A stretch of 64,000 bases of DNA from Armatimonadia bacterium (GCA_039683575.1 JBDKRC010000243.1:10955-74954); one strand, 5' to 3'. Positions 9,477 through 19,859 are shown, counted from the stretch's first letter. Notes: a model not told the origin generated them from the letters alone. Translations and numbers: made by a program.

Positions 9477-9504
9477 GTCGCAACTCCAGTTGGCGCACCC
9501 GCGC

Positions 9505-9540
9505 AAAAGCAATAGGCCTCAGGTTCGCGCCCTGAGGCCT
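9505..9540 (-). terminator. Possible terminator hairpin after the 9569..12202 gene
   Basis: 10-bp stem AGGCCTCAGG/CCTGAGGCCT with a 7-nt loop; the minus strand continues ATTGCTTTTGCG. Confidence 0.3.
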
Positions 9541-9568
9541 TGTTTCCTGCCCTGTGTTGTCGCCCCTG

Positions 9569-12202
9569 TTAGTCCAGATCCGGCAAGTTCGGCGGCGTCG
9601 CCGAGGCCGGCCACTCACTCAATCGGAGGGGCGTCTTCCCGCCCGCCAGCAGCATCAGCTTGGCTGCCTTCTGGTACGTTTGGTACACCACGTACAAGTC
9701 AGCGCCGTCAGCAGCCATGATCACTTCGCCATGCTCCGTTGTGGCAATCGGTTTGCTCTGCCCGCCCCGCAGGCTCACCCTGTAGATCGTGTTCTCCCAG
9801 GACTCGTGCGCCCAGTATGCACAGTCCTGCGCCAGGGCCAGAGCATCCGGCTGTTCGGGGAACGATGACAGCAGTTGCCGTGGGTTGCCACCCGCGACAT
9901 GCCAAAGTGACAGGCCCTTCACGTACAGCACTCCGTCCAGCCCGACCGCCATCAGCTTGTCATCTGTCCCCGTGTCGAGGCTCTTCACAGTGCCTGACCG
10001 GAGATCCAGCCGCGAGATCTCCATACTGCTTCGGGCATGAAGCAGGGGCTTGACCAGGTACACGCTGCGCCCGTCACGTGAGAAGCTGGCGCGGTCAAAG
10101 TGATAGCCCTCCACTGCATAGCTGCGCTGCGAGCCATCAGGACGCAGCACCACCAGTTCCCCCATCCCCTCGGCCAGTGCCGACCCGTCAGGCGCCAGCG
10201 CGATTGGCACGGCATGCTTTCGCGGCCGGGGGAGCGCCCGGAAGGCACTGTGAGCGTCAGTCACCCCACAGAATGAGCCGTTCTCCGGGCCGTTCCAGAG
10301 GTAGCTGTCAGGCTCCTCCGAACGCCTGTCATAGCCAGTGAGCGCCTGGCCCCTGGGCCCCAGCCACAATCTCCGCCCGGGTAACGTTAAGTACCTTCGT
10401 TCGTCCCGATCGACAACTATCGCCTCCTCAGTGCCGTAGCTCAGCGAGGTGGAGCTTGTCTCGAAAGCAAACAGCCTGTGCCCCTGATGCTTGCGCAACC
10501 ACTCATGGTATGGCTTCATCTGCTGGGTAGCTTCAGCCGGCGACGTCTTCCAGTAAGGCCGCATCCCAGGGGCCCTACCCCCCCGCGCCTCCTGCGTCAC
10601 GCCATAGGTTGCCGGTTCACAGGTGGAGCTAAAGCCAGTCGAGTCGAGCACGAAAGCGTTCAGCGGGTCAATCACCAGCTTCCCGCCCCGGATGGGGTTG
10701 GGCGGGGTCGCTCCCAGGTATGGCCCGCGCCAGCCCTTGATCTCAACCTCGTTGCCGCTGGCATCGAGCCCCTTGGCCGGTTGCTTGCGCGCCGCGAGGT
10801 CCGCCACCGTTGCCGGGAGGCAGCCCGTGTCCGCCTGAAACAGGTCCATTGCGGTCTGTAGGGTTCCGAGCAACTCAAAGCCCGGCATACCGCCCTGCGC
10901 CACACCCACCACAAGCCCCAACGCGAGCAGCGGAGCGATCACTTTGCTACCCGGCAGGACCCTCCTCAGGATCAGGACGGTCACGGTCACGAAGCCAAGC
11001 ATCACCGCCACAGGTACTCGCCAGCTATCATCTCGCCTGCGCTGCGTTGACGGGTCGAGCGGCTTGCCGCTGAGGGCCGCTGCCTGTGCCTCAGAGCCCG
11101 GCCTCAGCACCGCCATTCTCAGCAGAGCCCCGCTCGCGCGAGACGGCACCGCCCGCGCCGTGCGCCGCACCAGCACCCGGTAGTCCGCGTGGGCCGGGTC
11201 CGCGTCCGGCGCGAAGGTCAGGTCCACCATCTCCTCCGGAGCGACAAGGCCGAAGAAGCGCGAGGCTTTCGCGGTCTGCAGACCGGTCTGCCGCCCCTGC
11301 TCCCAGTCTTCGGCGCGATAGCAGAGATCGCTGTACGGAAATGGCGGATTGCCGCTGAACTCGCACATTAGCCGCGTAGGATTGCGGGTCATCTTCCGCC
11401 GCAGGTCGCCATAGGTCTCATTGCGCCGTAGCGTGACCTTCTCGGTCAGCCAGACCGCCGGAATCGTCTTGCACGTGTAGGGCTGGTCGGCGATGACGCA
11501 CAGGAGCAGCGCAGTCAGCGGTGGTGCGCTCACCCGCGATACCGTCAGCGGGTAGACCAGCCCCTCGGCAGGGCACTTGAAGCGGAGTCCCAGCGGCGCT
11601 ACCTCCGTGAGGACGCCCTGCGCTCGCGCCCGCTTCTCCTGCATCTTCAGCGCCACGAACACCCAGCCGCGCCGTACGTAGTCGTCAAGCACCGGCTGCG
11701 CCTCGGCTGGCAGATGGTACTGGTTCTTAGCCAGCCATTTCTGGAGTTCATCGCCCCGCGTGGCCGCCAGCACCACCGCGTGATAGTCTCCCACGTCCTT
11801 CTCCTCCAGCACCTGCACGGGCGGCGGTGGCCCTGCTGCGCCGGGGGCCGCAGGCAGGCTTCCAGAGGCAGTTGGGACGGTGTAACCGGGCCGGTTGAAC
11901 CTCGTGACAACCACCGGTTCGGTGCCTTTGAAGGTCTCGGTGACGAAGGCTGGCTCGGCAGGGAACATCTCGGAGGGTTTCGAGGGGACGGGAACGACCC
12001 AGGCAAAGCGGTCGGCGGGGCCGTGGTAGGTAGTCTGCAGCAGCAGCACCTCGTCGGTGCCCTCGCGGATCATGATGCCCTTCTGGGCCGCGGAAGAGGG
12101 GCGCATGGCAGAGAAGTCCGGGCCAGGCAGGAACATTCCGTCGGCCAACGCCGGTGCGACAAGACAACTCAGCAGCAGTACAGCTACAGGCAGTCTGGTC
12201 AT
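9569..12202 (-). CDS. Multidomain envelope protein: signal peptide + DUF2330-like domain + TM helices + pseudopilin (GspG)-like domain + C-terminal beta-propeller-like region
   Basis: N-terminus DGMFLPGP...IMIREGTDEVLLLQTTY...FAWVVPVP, as in DUF2330. Hydrophobic segments WRVPVAVMLGFVTVTVLIL and VIAPLLALGLVVGVAQG. Then AMDLFQADTGCLPATVADLAARKQP...KGWRGPYLGATPPNPIRGG, matching the GspG fold signature L..Y..D.G.YP...L..L....W.GPYL...P.DP. Confidence 0.55.
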   Translation of the reverse strand: MTRLPVAVLLLSCLVAPALADGMFLPGPDFSAMRPSSAAQKGIMIREGTDEVLLLQTTYHGPADRFAWVVPVPSKPSEMFPAEPAFVTETFKGTEPVVVTRFNRPGYTVPTASGSLPAAPGAAGPPPPVQVLEEKDVGDYHAVVLAATRGDELQKWLAKNQYHLPAEAQPVLDDYVRRGWVFVALKMQEKRARAQGVLTEVAPLGLRFKCPAEGLVYPLTVSRVSAPPLTALLLCVIADQPYTCKTIPAVWLTEKVTLRRNETYGDLRRKMTRNPTRLMCEFSGNPPFPYSDLCYRAEDWEQGRQTGLQTAKASRFFGLVAPEEMVDLTFAPDADPAHADYRVLVRRTARAVPSRASGALLRMAVLRPGSEAQAAALSGKPLDPSTQRRRDDSWRVPVAVMLGFVTVTVLILRRVLPGSKVIAPLLALGLVVGVAQGGMPGFELLGTLQTAMDLFQADTGCLPATVADLAARKQPAKGLDASGNEVEIKGWRGPYLGATPPNPIRGGKLVIDPLNAFVLDSTGFSSTCEPATYGVTQEARGGRAPGMRPYWKTSPAEATQQMKPYHEWLRKHQGHRLFAFETSSTSLSYGTEEAIVVDRDERRYLTLPGRRLWLGPRGQALTGYDRRSEEPDSYLWNGPENGSFCGVTDAHSAFRALPRPRKHAVPIALAPDGSALAEGMGELVVLRPDGSQRSYAVEGYHFDRASFSRDGRSVYLVKPLLHARSSMEISRLDLRSGTVKSLDTGTDDKLMAVGLDGVLYVKGLSLWHVAGGNPRQLLSSFPEQPDALALAQDCAYWAHESWENTIYRVSLRGGQSKPIATTEHGEVIMAADGADLYVVYQTYQKAAKLMLLAGGKTPLRLSEWPASATPPNLPDLD

Positions 12203-12305
12203 GACGTTCCCCCAGGTGGCGTTTGTAGCGGCTCTCGCGGTTCTATGACATTTGTGGTGGTCAGGAGGTCCCCCCTGGTCAGCATCTGCGTTCGGTTAGC
12301 TCCGG

Positions 12306-13307
12306 TTACCAGCGCCCCTTACCGTAAATGTGCAGCCTCACCTCGGAGCCAGCGTGGATGAAGTCGAAGGTAAAGCCCCTGTACGCAGCGGTGTACTTGC
12401 CCAGGTCGGGAAACATGGGGTCTGGATCAGGCTTCAGACGCCCCGCCCATTCCGGCCGCAGGTGTGCCTGCTCGATCAGCCTCGCCACGGTGGACGGAGC
12501 GCCATTCCCCTGCTCCGCTGGATAGCGCATGATAACGTTCACGTCGCCGACATCCATTTCCCGCGCCGCTCCAGCCTTCACGGGCAGTGTGCGCCTGGCC
12601 TCGATGCTCATCTCAACCCGCGTGCCTGTGCCGCCACCGGGCATCTGCCCCTGGCCGATAAGCCGGATAGCCCGCCGCTCCATCGCCAGCCCCGCAGCCC
12701 CCACCGGGGGCCATGTGACCTGCACGGGCGCGGCGAACAGGTCTTCGCGCAGAAGGCGTTCCACTTGCTGTTGGAGGGCCGCCCTCTCGCGCGCCACTAC
12801 CGACGTTGTCTGGCTCACGCTCCATGACCAGCCTGCACAGGCCAGCAGCAGTGCGGCCACGCCCGCGTAACGCATCATCGCAACGGTGCGGGGGCCCGCC
12901 GTCCTGGCAGACTTGCCTATCAGCCCCAGAACCACCACCGCCGGCGCGATTCCGGCCATGAACATCGACGCCAGCCTCAGGATGAGCCAGGTTCTCTCGG
13001 AGGTCGTGTCTATCCCTTGCAGCAGAATGAAGGCACCGCCGTTTATGATGAGCAGTGCCGGCAGACCCGCTGCAAACGGCAGCCGTGGCGATATCAGCCC
13101 GCTCACCACAGCGGCAAGGGTGTTGGCAAAGAGAAACGGGAGTATGAGCCCCGATCCGGGAAACTCCGGCGCCCCCTGGAGCAGACTGCCCAGGAGGTAG
13201 ATGGCGGCCGGCCACATCACAAGCCCGGCCAGGATGCCCAGAGCGGTGTACCAGGCAGAATCCCGCTCGTCCGCTGTTGCGTTAGCTGCGACTGTCTCGT
13301 CCGCCAT
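12306..13307 (-). CDS. Polytopic membrane protein with periplasmic C-terminal domain (hypothetical)
   Basis: Four or five hydrophobic helices in the N-terminal 170 aa. Co-directional with, and immediately downstream of, the DUF2330 fusion gene. Confidence 0.5.
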   Translation of the reverse strand: MADETVAANATADERDSAWYTALGILAGLVMWPAAIYLLGSLLQGAPEFPGSGLILPFLFANTLAAVVSGLISPRLPFAAGLPALLIINGGAFILLQGIDTTSERTWLILRLASMFMAGIAPAVVVLGLIGKSARTAGPRTVAMMRYAGVAALLLACAGWSWSVSQTTSVVARERAALQQQVERLLREDLFAAPVQVTWPPVGAAGLAMERRAIRLIGQGQMPGGGTGTRVEMSIEARRTLPVKAGAAREMDVGDVNVIMRYPAEQGNGAPSTVARLIEQAHLRPEWAGRLKPDPDPMFPDLGKYTAAYRGFTFDFIHAGSEVRLHIYGKGRW

Positions 13308-13316
13308 TCAGTCCCC

Positions 13317-14537
13317 CTAGCTCAGCTCCGCCCCTCCTACCACCGCCGCCTTGTCTACCGCCTTCCCCTCCTTGATCCAGGCCTGCGCCACCGCTGCCTC
13401 GGCGTCGTGACGATCCGTGAAGGTGACCATCGCCCCGAGCAGCTTGCCATCCTTGAGCCACCAGGCACTGAAATCCGCGCTTTCAGGGTCTCCGCGGTAG
13501 ATTACCTCATCCGCGCCCTTGAACTCGCCCCAAAACTCCCATGACAGGTCGTAGACATCCGACCACACGAGCGCGAGGTAGTCGTAGGGCTTCGTCTCGC
13601 CCATTAGCATGTGGGCGAGGTGCCGGCCACTGACGCGGGCATGTTCCTCGTGCTCGACATGGCGATGGGTGCCCAGATACATGTCCGGGTAGCTCACCAC
13701 GTCCCCACCCGCGTATACCCCGGCTGCGCTGGTCTGCAGCGTCTCATCCACCCAGACAGCGTTGCCGTCGAGGCGCAACCCGGCTGCGTTGGCGAGGTCC
13801 AGGTCCGGGTAGACGCCAACGGCCACCAGCGCCATGTCGGCTTCGATCACAGTGCCGTCGGAGAGCTTCACGCCCTCCAGCTTGCCCTGTCCCGTGAAGC
13901 CCGCCACGCCCGCCTGGGACCGCAGAGCTACGCCGTGGTCGCGAAAGCGCCCCTCATATATCGCCGAGAGCCGCTCGGGCAGGAAGAAGTCGAGCAGACG
14001 CTCCTCGCGGTACAGTACCGTCGTCTCTATCCCCATGTCCCCCAGCCGCGAGGCGCACTCGCTGCCGATGAAGCCTCCACCGATGACCGCGAGTTTCCTC
14101 GCCTGCTTCGCCCGCTCTTTGAGCCTGTCGCAGTCTTCCAGGGTGCGCAGGTACAGCACGCCGTCGAGGTCCGTTCCGGGCAGATCAAGCCGCCGGACCT
14201 TCGAGCCTGTCGAGAGCACCAGATTGTCATAGCCGATGACGTCGCCGTCCTCGAGTGTCAGTTCTTTCTTTTGCGGATCAAGCCCGGTCACCCGCGTCTG
14301 CAGCCGCACCTCGATGCCATTCTCCTCGTAGAAGCCCTCCTTGTTCACGTACACCTTCTCAAGAGGCTTCTTATCGATCAGATAGTCCTTCGACAGCGGC
14401 GGGCGGGCGTAGGGGAGAGTGCTGTCAGCCGATATCAGGCAGACCTCGCCCTTCGGCACCCCGAGCTTGCCCATCTCCTTCAGGCAGAATCCGCCAACCA
14501 TCCCGCCACCGACGATGACCTTCGCAAACCGTTCCAT
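13317..14537 (-). CDS. FAD-dependent pyridine nucleotide-disulfide oxidoreductase (ferredoxin/rubredoxin reductase-like)
   Basis: Two Rossmann dinucleotide motifs, KVIVGGGMVGG and KLAVIGGGFIGSE, plus AGGDV. Confidence 0.8.
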   Translation of the reverse strand: MERFAKVIVGGGMVGGFCLKEMGKLGVPKGEVCLISADSTLPYARPPLSKDYLIDKKPLEKVYVNKEGFYEENGIEVRLQTRVTGLDPQKKELTLEDGDVIGYDNLVLSTGSKVRRLDLPGTDLDGVLYLRTLEDCDRLKERAKQARKLAVIGGGFIGSECASRLGDMGIETTVLYREERLLDFFLPERLSAIYEGRFRDHGVALRSQAGVAGFTGQGKLEGVKLSDGTVIEADMALVAVGVYPDLDLANAAGLRLDGNAVWVDETLQTSAAGVYAGGDVVSYPDMYLGTHRHVEHEEHARVSGRHLAHMLMGETKPYDYLALVWSDVYDLSWEFWGEFKGADEVIYRGDPESADFSAWWLKDGKLLGAMVTFTDRHDAEAAVAQAWIKEGKAVDKAAVVGGAELS

Positions 14538-14662
14538 TCTCACACCTCGTTCCAGATGCTCACTACGATCCTCAACCTACCGTTGTACAATCCATCATTC
14601 CATCCCAAGGACAGTTTTCCCTTTTGTAAGGTTTCCGCCATGGGCGTGCCGAACTACCCGTC

Positions 14663-15589
14663 ATGCGCGTGACGATGATCGTCAATCCACGATCTGGACG
14701 GGGCCACAGCAGCCGTGTGGCGGGCCAGGTCGCGGGTACGCTTCGTGCCGCGGGCTGGGAGGTCGAGATTGCCGTCACCACGGCTCCGGAGCACGCTGAG
14801 ACCCTCGCCCGCGAGGCCGCCTCGGATACCGATCTCGTCGTCGCCTGTGGCGGCGACGGCACCCTGTCCGAGGTCCTGAATGGTCTGTTCGGGACCGATG
14901 TCCCCGCGGCGCTGCTCCCGGTGGGCACCGGCAACGATTTTGCCCGCACTCTCGGGCTGCCCCGCGATCCCGGCGAGGCGGCTTTTGCCCTGCTGCGTGG
15001 CGCTGAACGCCGTGTGGACCTGCTGCAGGTCGTGGAAACCGGTCGCGTCGCGATCAACGTCATGGGCGTCGGCTTCGATGCCACGGTGGCTGCCACAATG
15101 AACCGCCACACCCGCCGTGGCGGCCTTGGCGCCTATCTGCTCGCCGTCCTGATCGAGCTGGGGCGCTACCGGATGACCGACCTCTCGCTGCAGATAGATG
15201 GGGAGCAATGGGCAGGCCCTGCCCTCCTCATCGCCGTTGCGAACGCCCAGTCCTACGGCGCCGGCATGCGCATCGCGCCGCGCGCCTCGGTCACGGACGG
15301 CTTGCTCGATGTTGTCCTCGTGGAGCCCATGAACCGCCTTGGCTTTCTTTGCACCTTGCCGAAGGTCTTCACCGGTCGCCACGTGAACCATCCCGCCGTG
15401 CGTTACTGGCAAGCCCGCGAGGTCACGCTGAGAACCTCTGAGCCTGTCCCGGTGTTGATAGATGGGGACTTGCGCGGCGAGACCCCGGTAACCATACGAG
15501 TGTTGCCGCAGGCTGCCCGCCTGTGGCTGCCAGACCAAACTTCCCCTCCGCGTAGTGCGGGCGTCTCGCCCGCCGTCCGAGGGGCCTAG
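14663..15589 (+). CDS. Diacylglycerol/lipid kinase catalytic-domain protein (YegS/DgkB family)
   Basis: MIVNPRSG...DLVVACGGDGTLSEVLNGL...LLPVGTGNDFAR. The C-terminal approximately 10 codons are encoded by a repeated 25-nt element (see findings), so the true stop may be uncertain. Confidence 0.8.
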   Translation: MRVTMIVNPRSGRGHSSRVAGQVAGTLRAAGWEVEIAVTTAPEHAETLAREAASDTDLVVACGGDGTLSEVLNGLFGTDVPAALLPVGTGNDFARTLGLPRDPGEAAFALLRGAERRVDLLQVVETGRVAINVMGVGFDATVAATMNRHTRRGGLGAYLLAVLIELGRYRMTDLSLQIDGEQWAGPALLIAVANAQSYGAGMRIAPRASVTDGLLDVVLVEPMNRLGFLCTLPKVFTGRHVNHPAVRYWQAREVTLRTSEPVPVLIDGDLRGETPVTIRVLPQAARLWLPDQTSPPRSAGVSPAVRGA

Positions 15590-15600
15590 TAGGAGTAGAC

Positions 15601-17745
15601 ATGCGATTTCTCTGGATCGGACTGATGCTGATGGCTATCACCCTCCCGGCGCTTGCACAGCAGAGCCCCTGGCCCCCGCGCGAGTACCTCCTCAAGAGCC
15701 TCGTGGACGGCATTGAGCCTATTCTGAAGAGCCAGGATCCGGCCACGGGCCGCTTTGGCACCCAGCCCTGGATTTGCCTTGACCAGAACGTGCTCTTGCC
15801 GCTCGCCGCCGCGTGGGCCATCGAGGACAAGGCTAATCCCTGGTACCACAGCGACCGCGTCCTCACCGCCATCGCCAAGGGCGGCGAGGCCTTGGTGGAT
15901 GATCAGGATGCCAACGGCATGTGGACCTTCCGCAAGAAGGACAACTCAACCTGGGGCCAGATTCACATGCCCTGGACCTACAGCCGCTGGATCCGCGCCT
16001 ACGTGCTCGTCAAGGACGCCCTGCCGCCCGAATCCCGCGCGAAGTGGGACAAGGGCCTGCTCCTGGGCTTCACCGGCATTCGCAGATATGCCGATGGCGG
16101 CGTCCACAACATCCCCACGCACCACGCCATGGCCCTCTACATTGCCGGCGTCGCGTTCAATAACGATGACTGGAAGCAAGCCGCCCAGAAGTTCATGGCC
16201 AAGGTCGTCGAAAAGCAGGACCCGGCTGGCTTCTGGTCCGAGAACTTCGGCCCTGTGATCGGCTACAATGAGGTCTACGTGGATGCTCTCGGCGTCTACT
16301 ACAGCTTCTCCAAGGACCCCGTCGTGCTTACGGCGCTCCAGCGCAGCGCCCGCTTCCACTCCGCCGTGCTCTGGCCCGACGGCTCGTCGCTGGCCTGCAT
16401 AGACGAGCGCCAGGTCTACCACCCGGGGATCGAGACGGGCACCGTGGGCTTCACCTGGACCCCGGAGGGCCGAGGCTACCTCCAGCAGCAGATGGGCCTG
16501 TACATGGCCACACGCCCCACGACGGGCTCTGATTACGCTGCCAACATGCTTCTCTACGGCGGCACTGGCGAGGCCATCAAGCCCGCCGCGGCCGGCGACA
16601 AGGCTGTGGCCTACATTGGCGACCGCAATGCCGTCATCGTGCGCGATAAGCCCTGGCAATGGGCCTTCTCGGCCTATGCCTGCCCGGTGCCCAAAAATCG
16701 CTGGGTACAGGATCGTCATAACCTCGTGGACATCTACTGTGATGGCCTCGGCGTTGTCGCCGGTGGCGGCAATACCAAGCTCCAGCCCTACTGGTCCACC
16801 TTCACCGTCGGCGATCCGGAGCTACTCAAGCACACCCCCGGCGACGAGAACCCCAACTTCGCGCCTGAGATTGACCTGCTCTGGACCCCGACCTCGGCCG
16901 AGCTGTCTGGCGAGGGCTCTCAGCAGACCCTCAAGCTCAAGTATGGCGAGACCGCCTGCAGCGTCAGTTGCGAGCCCCTCAAGGACGGCGCCCTCCGCGT
17001 CACTTACGAGGCTCCCGCCGATAAGCGCGTCGAAGCCCACCTGCCACTCTACAAACGTGGCGGCAGAATCCGCACCGCTACCGGCCAGAACCTCCGTCTC
17101 ACCGAAGAGTCCCTGGTCCTCACCAGCGCCCAGGTTGGCGACTGGTTCGTCTACGCCGGCCTCCGCGTCACCATGCCGGCGGGCGCGCGGTTGCTATGGC
17201 CCATGTTCCAGCATGACCCGTACAAGAAGGATGGTAGCTCGGGCCTCGGCGCCGCCAAGCTCGTTCTCGCGATGCCCTTCACCGGCGGCAAGAACCGCCA
17301 GGAAGTCACCCTCTCCCGCCCACCACAAGAGCAGTTCCCCGGCCGGGTCTTCGAAGCCCGCGATATGAAGTGCACCGTCACCGGTGACGGGTATACGAAG
17401 CGTCTCGACGACCTGGGCTCCCAACTCCTGGGCACCAGACAGCCCGGAGCGGCGCTCAGCTTCACCCTCCCGGGCCTCAAGGCCGGGAAGTACGAGCTTC
17501 TCGCTGAGTTCGTCATGGCCTCAATGTACGGGACGGCGCAGATCAGTGTGGATGGCAAAGCAGTGGGCGAAGTCTTCGACGCCTATGGGCCGGATGTGGA
17601 CACTGAAGGCGACCGCATTTCCTTCGGCACGGTCGACCTGACCGCGGGGGACCATGTGGTAACGATGCAGATGACGGGCAAGAACGCCAAATCAACGGGC
17701 TACCTGCTCAGCGTGAAGCGCTGGCTTCTGCGGCCTGTGAAGTGA
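15601..17745 (+). CDS. Secreted alpha/alpha-toroid hypothetical protein, likely polysaccharide-active
   Basis: Signal peptide MRFLWIGLMLMAITLPALAQQ. The 714-aa ORF starts 11 nt after the upstream stop. Function not recognisable by eye. Confidence 0.5.
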   Translation: MRFLWIGLMLMAITLPALAQQSPWPPREYLLKSLVDGIEPILKSQDPATGRFGTQPWICLDQNVLLPLAAAWAIEDKANPWYHSDRVLTAIAKGGEALVDDQDANGMWTFRKKDNSTWGQIHMPWTYSRWIRAYVLVKDALPPESRAKWDKGLLLGFTGIRRYADGGVHNIPTHHAMALYIAGVAFNNDDWKQAAQKFMAKVVEKQDPAGFWSENFGPVIGYNEVYVDALGVYYSFSKDPVVLTALQRSARFHSAVLWPDGSSLACIDERQVYHPGIETGTVGFTWTPEGRGYLQQQMGLYMATRPTTGSDYAANMLLYGGTGEAIKPAAAGDKAVAYIGDRNAVIVRDKPWQWAFSAYACPVPKNRWVQDRHNLVDIYCDGLGVVAGGGNTKLQPYWSTFTVGDPELLKHTPGDENPNFAPEIDLLWTPTSAELSGEGSQQTLKLKYGETACSVSCEPLKDGALRVTYEAPADKRVEAHLPLYKRGGRIRTATGQNLRLTEESLVLTSAQVGDWFVYAGLRVTMPAGARLLWPMFQHDPYKKDGSSGLGAAKLVLAMPFTGGKNRQEVTLSRPPQEQFPGRVFEARDMKCTVTGDGYTKRLDDLGSQLLGTRQPGAALSFTLPGLKAGKYELLAEFVMASMYGTAQISVDGKAVGEVFDAYGPDVDTEGDRISFGTVDLTAGDHVVTMQMTGKNAKSTGYLLSVKRWLLRPVK

Positions 17746-17824
17746 GAAAGAGGGAATATTCCGGCTACTTACTGCATTGACCCGTGGAGTAAGCTCAACT
17801 AACTGCTTCACGGGAGGGTTTCGT

Positions 17825-18889
17825 ATGACGCGATATGGGATGTGGGGAGGTATTGCCTTAGTGTTGGCGGCCGCTTTCACGACCGCCGCTGCCTCGGCTG
17901 GTACGCTACTGTTCGAGCCAGCCGAACTCGCCAGCCTTGATGGCAATGCTTGGTCCGGTATCACCTTCGGCCAGACCACGGCGCAAGACTTGCAGCGCAT
18001 GTTCAGGCTTGGCAAATGCAAGGAGTGGCAGCATAGTACGCGCCTGCTGCGGCCCAAGGAGGATAGTACCCGTTACCTGGCCCTGTTCTCCGGGAAGGGA
18101 AAGCTCGCAACAGTCTCAAGCATCGTCGCCGTGTACGACGGCGCAACCCTTACCTCGAGTTCTCTCTCTCAGGGGATGGGCCTTCAGCCTACGCGGCTTT
18201 GGCTCGCGAAGCGATACGAGAACTGGCACCTGGAACTGTATCAGGACAAGGGAGCGCTTGCTTTCGTTTTCGGTGATGGCGACACTGCCTCGGTCGCCTG
18301 GCTGCTCCTCACTCGGTCTGCTGCCGCCGCCCAGGCCGTCTCAGCGCTCTCCAGGGAGGCGACGGCCGTGGAGGTCATCGTCGACCCATACGCTGGCAAA
18401 CCGCGAGTGGCAGAGTTCGGCAACGTCTCTGCTAACTTCAACCTGAAGAATGTCGCCATGAAAGATGGAGAAAAGGAGCGTCTGGAGAACTCTCTTCGAC
18501 AGGCGACGGCAGGCGGGGCCATGCGCTACCGAGCCGGGGCTCCCGGTTCTCTGACCGCAAACGTCAGCATTGCCTGGGACCGTGGCCGTGGTGGTAGCGT
18601 CTCCGTTACCTGCACCCTCGCCGGGGAATGCTGCGCTGGGTCCGTGAGAGCCGAAGGCTCGTCGTTCCAGATCCTGCCCAAGAACGACATGGCGATATGT
18701 GAAAATGCCTCCTTGTGGTACAGCATTGCCATTGCCGAGGCGATGAGCAAGCTCAGTGACAGTGTCAAAACTCAAGTGCCGCAGGCCCCACCCTCGGCAG
18801 CCGAGATGCGTGCACCCCAATGGAACCGTGTGGTCGAGGACGCGCGACACGCGGTCATCCAGCTTCCTGCTCCGCAACCCAACCAGTAG
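17825..18889 (+). CDS. Secreted hypothetical protein
   Basis: GGGAGGG Shine-Dalgarno 7 nt before the ATG at 17825; signal-like MTRYGMWGGIALVLAAAFTTAAASA. Confidence 0.5.
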   Translation: MTRYGMWGGIALVLAAAFTTAAASAGTLLFEPAELASLDGNAWSGITFGQTTAQDLQRMFRLGKCKEWQHSTRLLRPKEDSTRYLALFSGKGKLATVSSIVAVYDGATLTSSSLSQGMGLQPTRLWLAKRYENWHLELYQDKGALAFVFGDGDTASVAWLLLTRSAAAAQAVSALSREATAVEVIVDPYAGKPRVAEFGNVSANFNLKNVAMKDGEKERLENSLRQATAGGAMRYRAGAPGSLTANVSIAWDRGRGGSVSVTCTLAGECCAGSVRAEGSSFQILPKNDMAICENASLWYSIAIAEAMSKLSDSVKTQVPQAPPSAAEMRAPQWNRVVEDARHAVIQLPAPQPNQ

Positions 18890-18902
18890 TATCTGAACCC
18901 AA

Positions 18903-18932
18903 AGCGGCGGGCACTTAATAGTGCCCGCCGCT
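18903..18932. terminator. Bidirectional intrinsic terminator between convergent genes
   Basis: 12-bp perfect stem AGCGGCGGGCAC/GTGCCCGCCGCT with a 6-nt loop, followed by GTTTCTGT. Confidence 0.55.
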
Positions 18933-18954
18933 GTTTCTGTGCCTGTTGGCTCGC

Positions 18955-19857
18955 CTATGCTACCGCCAGGACCTCCCTCAACCTCCGCTCAAACCCTTCC
19001 GCTTCCAGCACCTCCGCATGCTGTTTGGCCGCATATCGTAGCTCGCGGCCCCGCTGCGTAAGCCAGTCTATCGCTACTGACAGCCCCGGAGAAGTGCCTT
19101 CAGTCTGCTCCCACGCCTGCAGAAGCTCCCCCTCCACTTCCACATCGTGGACCTCACCCATCAACTCCTGCAACTCGCCGAGATGATCATAGACGATCTC
19201 CGTCTCGCCAGGCAGTATCCCCACGAACAGCTCCAGCGCGTACTTGAGCTTCTTTACCCGTATCCGCTGCCGGTGGAAAGCCGCCCCATCCACAGGGAAA
19301 TGCACGATCTCCATGTTGTCCAGCACCGGATTCAGCCGCTCGTTGATTGCGCTTGTAGCAAACTCCAGCAAGGTCATGCCGCCCGCCGGTGCCCGCGTGA
19401 GGGCCCCCATAGCCGCCTCGTAAGTCTTGACCATGCCGCGCCTGTGCAACTCGTCAAGCGCCGTCAGGAACTCACGGTGCCGCCGCGCGCGCTCCCGCTT
19501 GAGGTGAGCCACCAGCTTGGCAAGCGGCGTGGCTCGTGGATCGCGCCGCATGATGCGTTCGAACTGCTGGATCAGTACGTCGCGGTCGCGCACCAGCCCC
19601 AGCGCGTCATTGAGCTGTTCCGCAAAAGGCAACAGCGCGTCGCGGTGGCGGTCGGGCAGCACGAGCCGGAACACTCGCAAGGCCTCGCGCAGGCGCTTGC
19701 TCCCCACGCGCATGTCGTGGACGCCGTCAACGTCACCCGCGCGCGCCTCGGCCTCGTACGAGAGCGTCTCGGGCAGCTTGACCGCCAGGATTGCCGCTGC
19801 CGCCTGCGGCAGGGGCATCTCAGGCGTGAGTTGGTCCACGCACCACGGCTTGGGCAT
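18955..19857 (-). CDS. CHAD-domain protein
   Basis: HDMRVGSKRLREALRVFRLVLP, the CHAD signature helix with conserved histidines. Start at MPKPW, which abuts the upstream gene stop. Confidence 0.65.
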   Translation of the reverse strand: MPKPWCVDQLTPEMPLPQAAAAILAVKLPETLSYEAEARAGDVDGVHDMRVGSKRLREALRVFRLVLPDRHRDALLPFAEQLNDALGLVRDRDVLIQQFERIMRRDPRATPLAKLVAHLKRERARRHREFLTALDELHRRGMVKTYEAAMGALTRAPAGGMTLLEFATSAINERLNPVLDNMEIVHFPVDGAAFHRQRIRVKKLKYALELFVGILPGETEIVYDHLGELQELMGEVHDVEVEGELLQAWEQTEGTSPGLSVAIDWLTQRGRELRYAAKQHAEVLEAEGFERRLREVLAVA

Positions 19858-19859
19858 CG

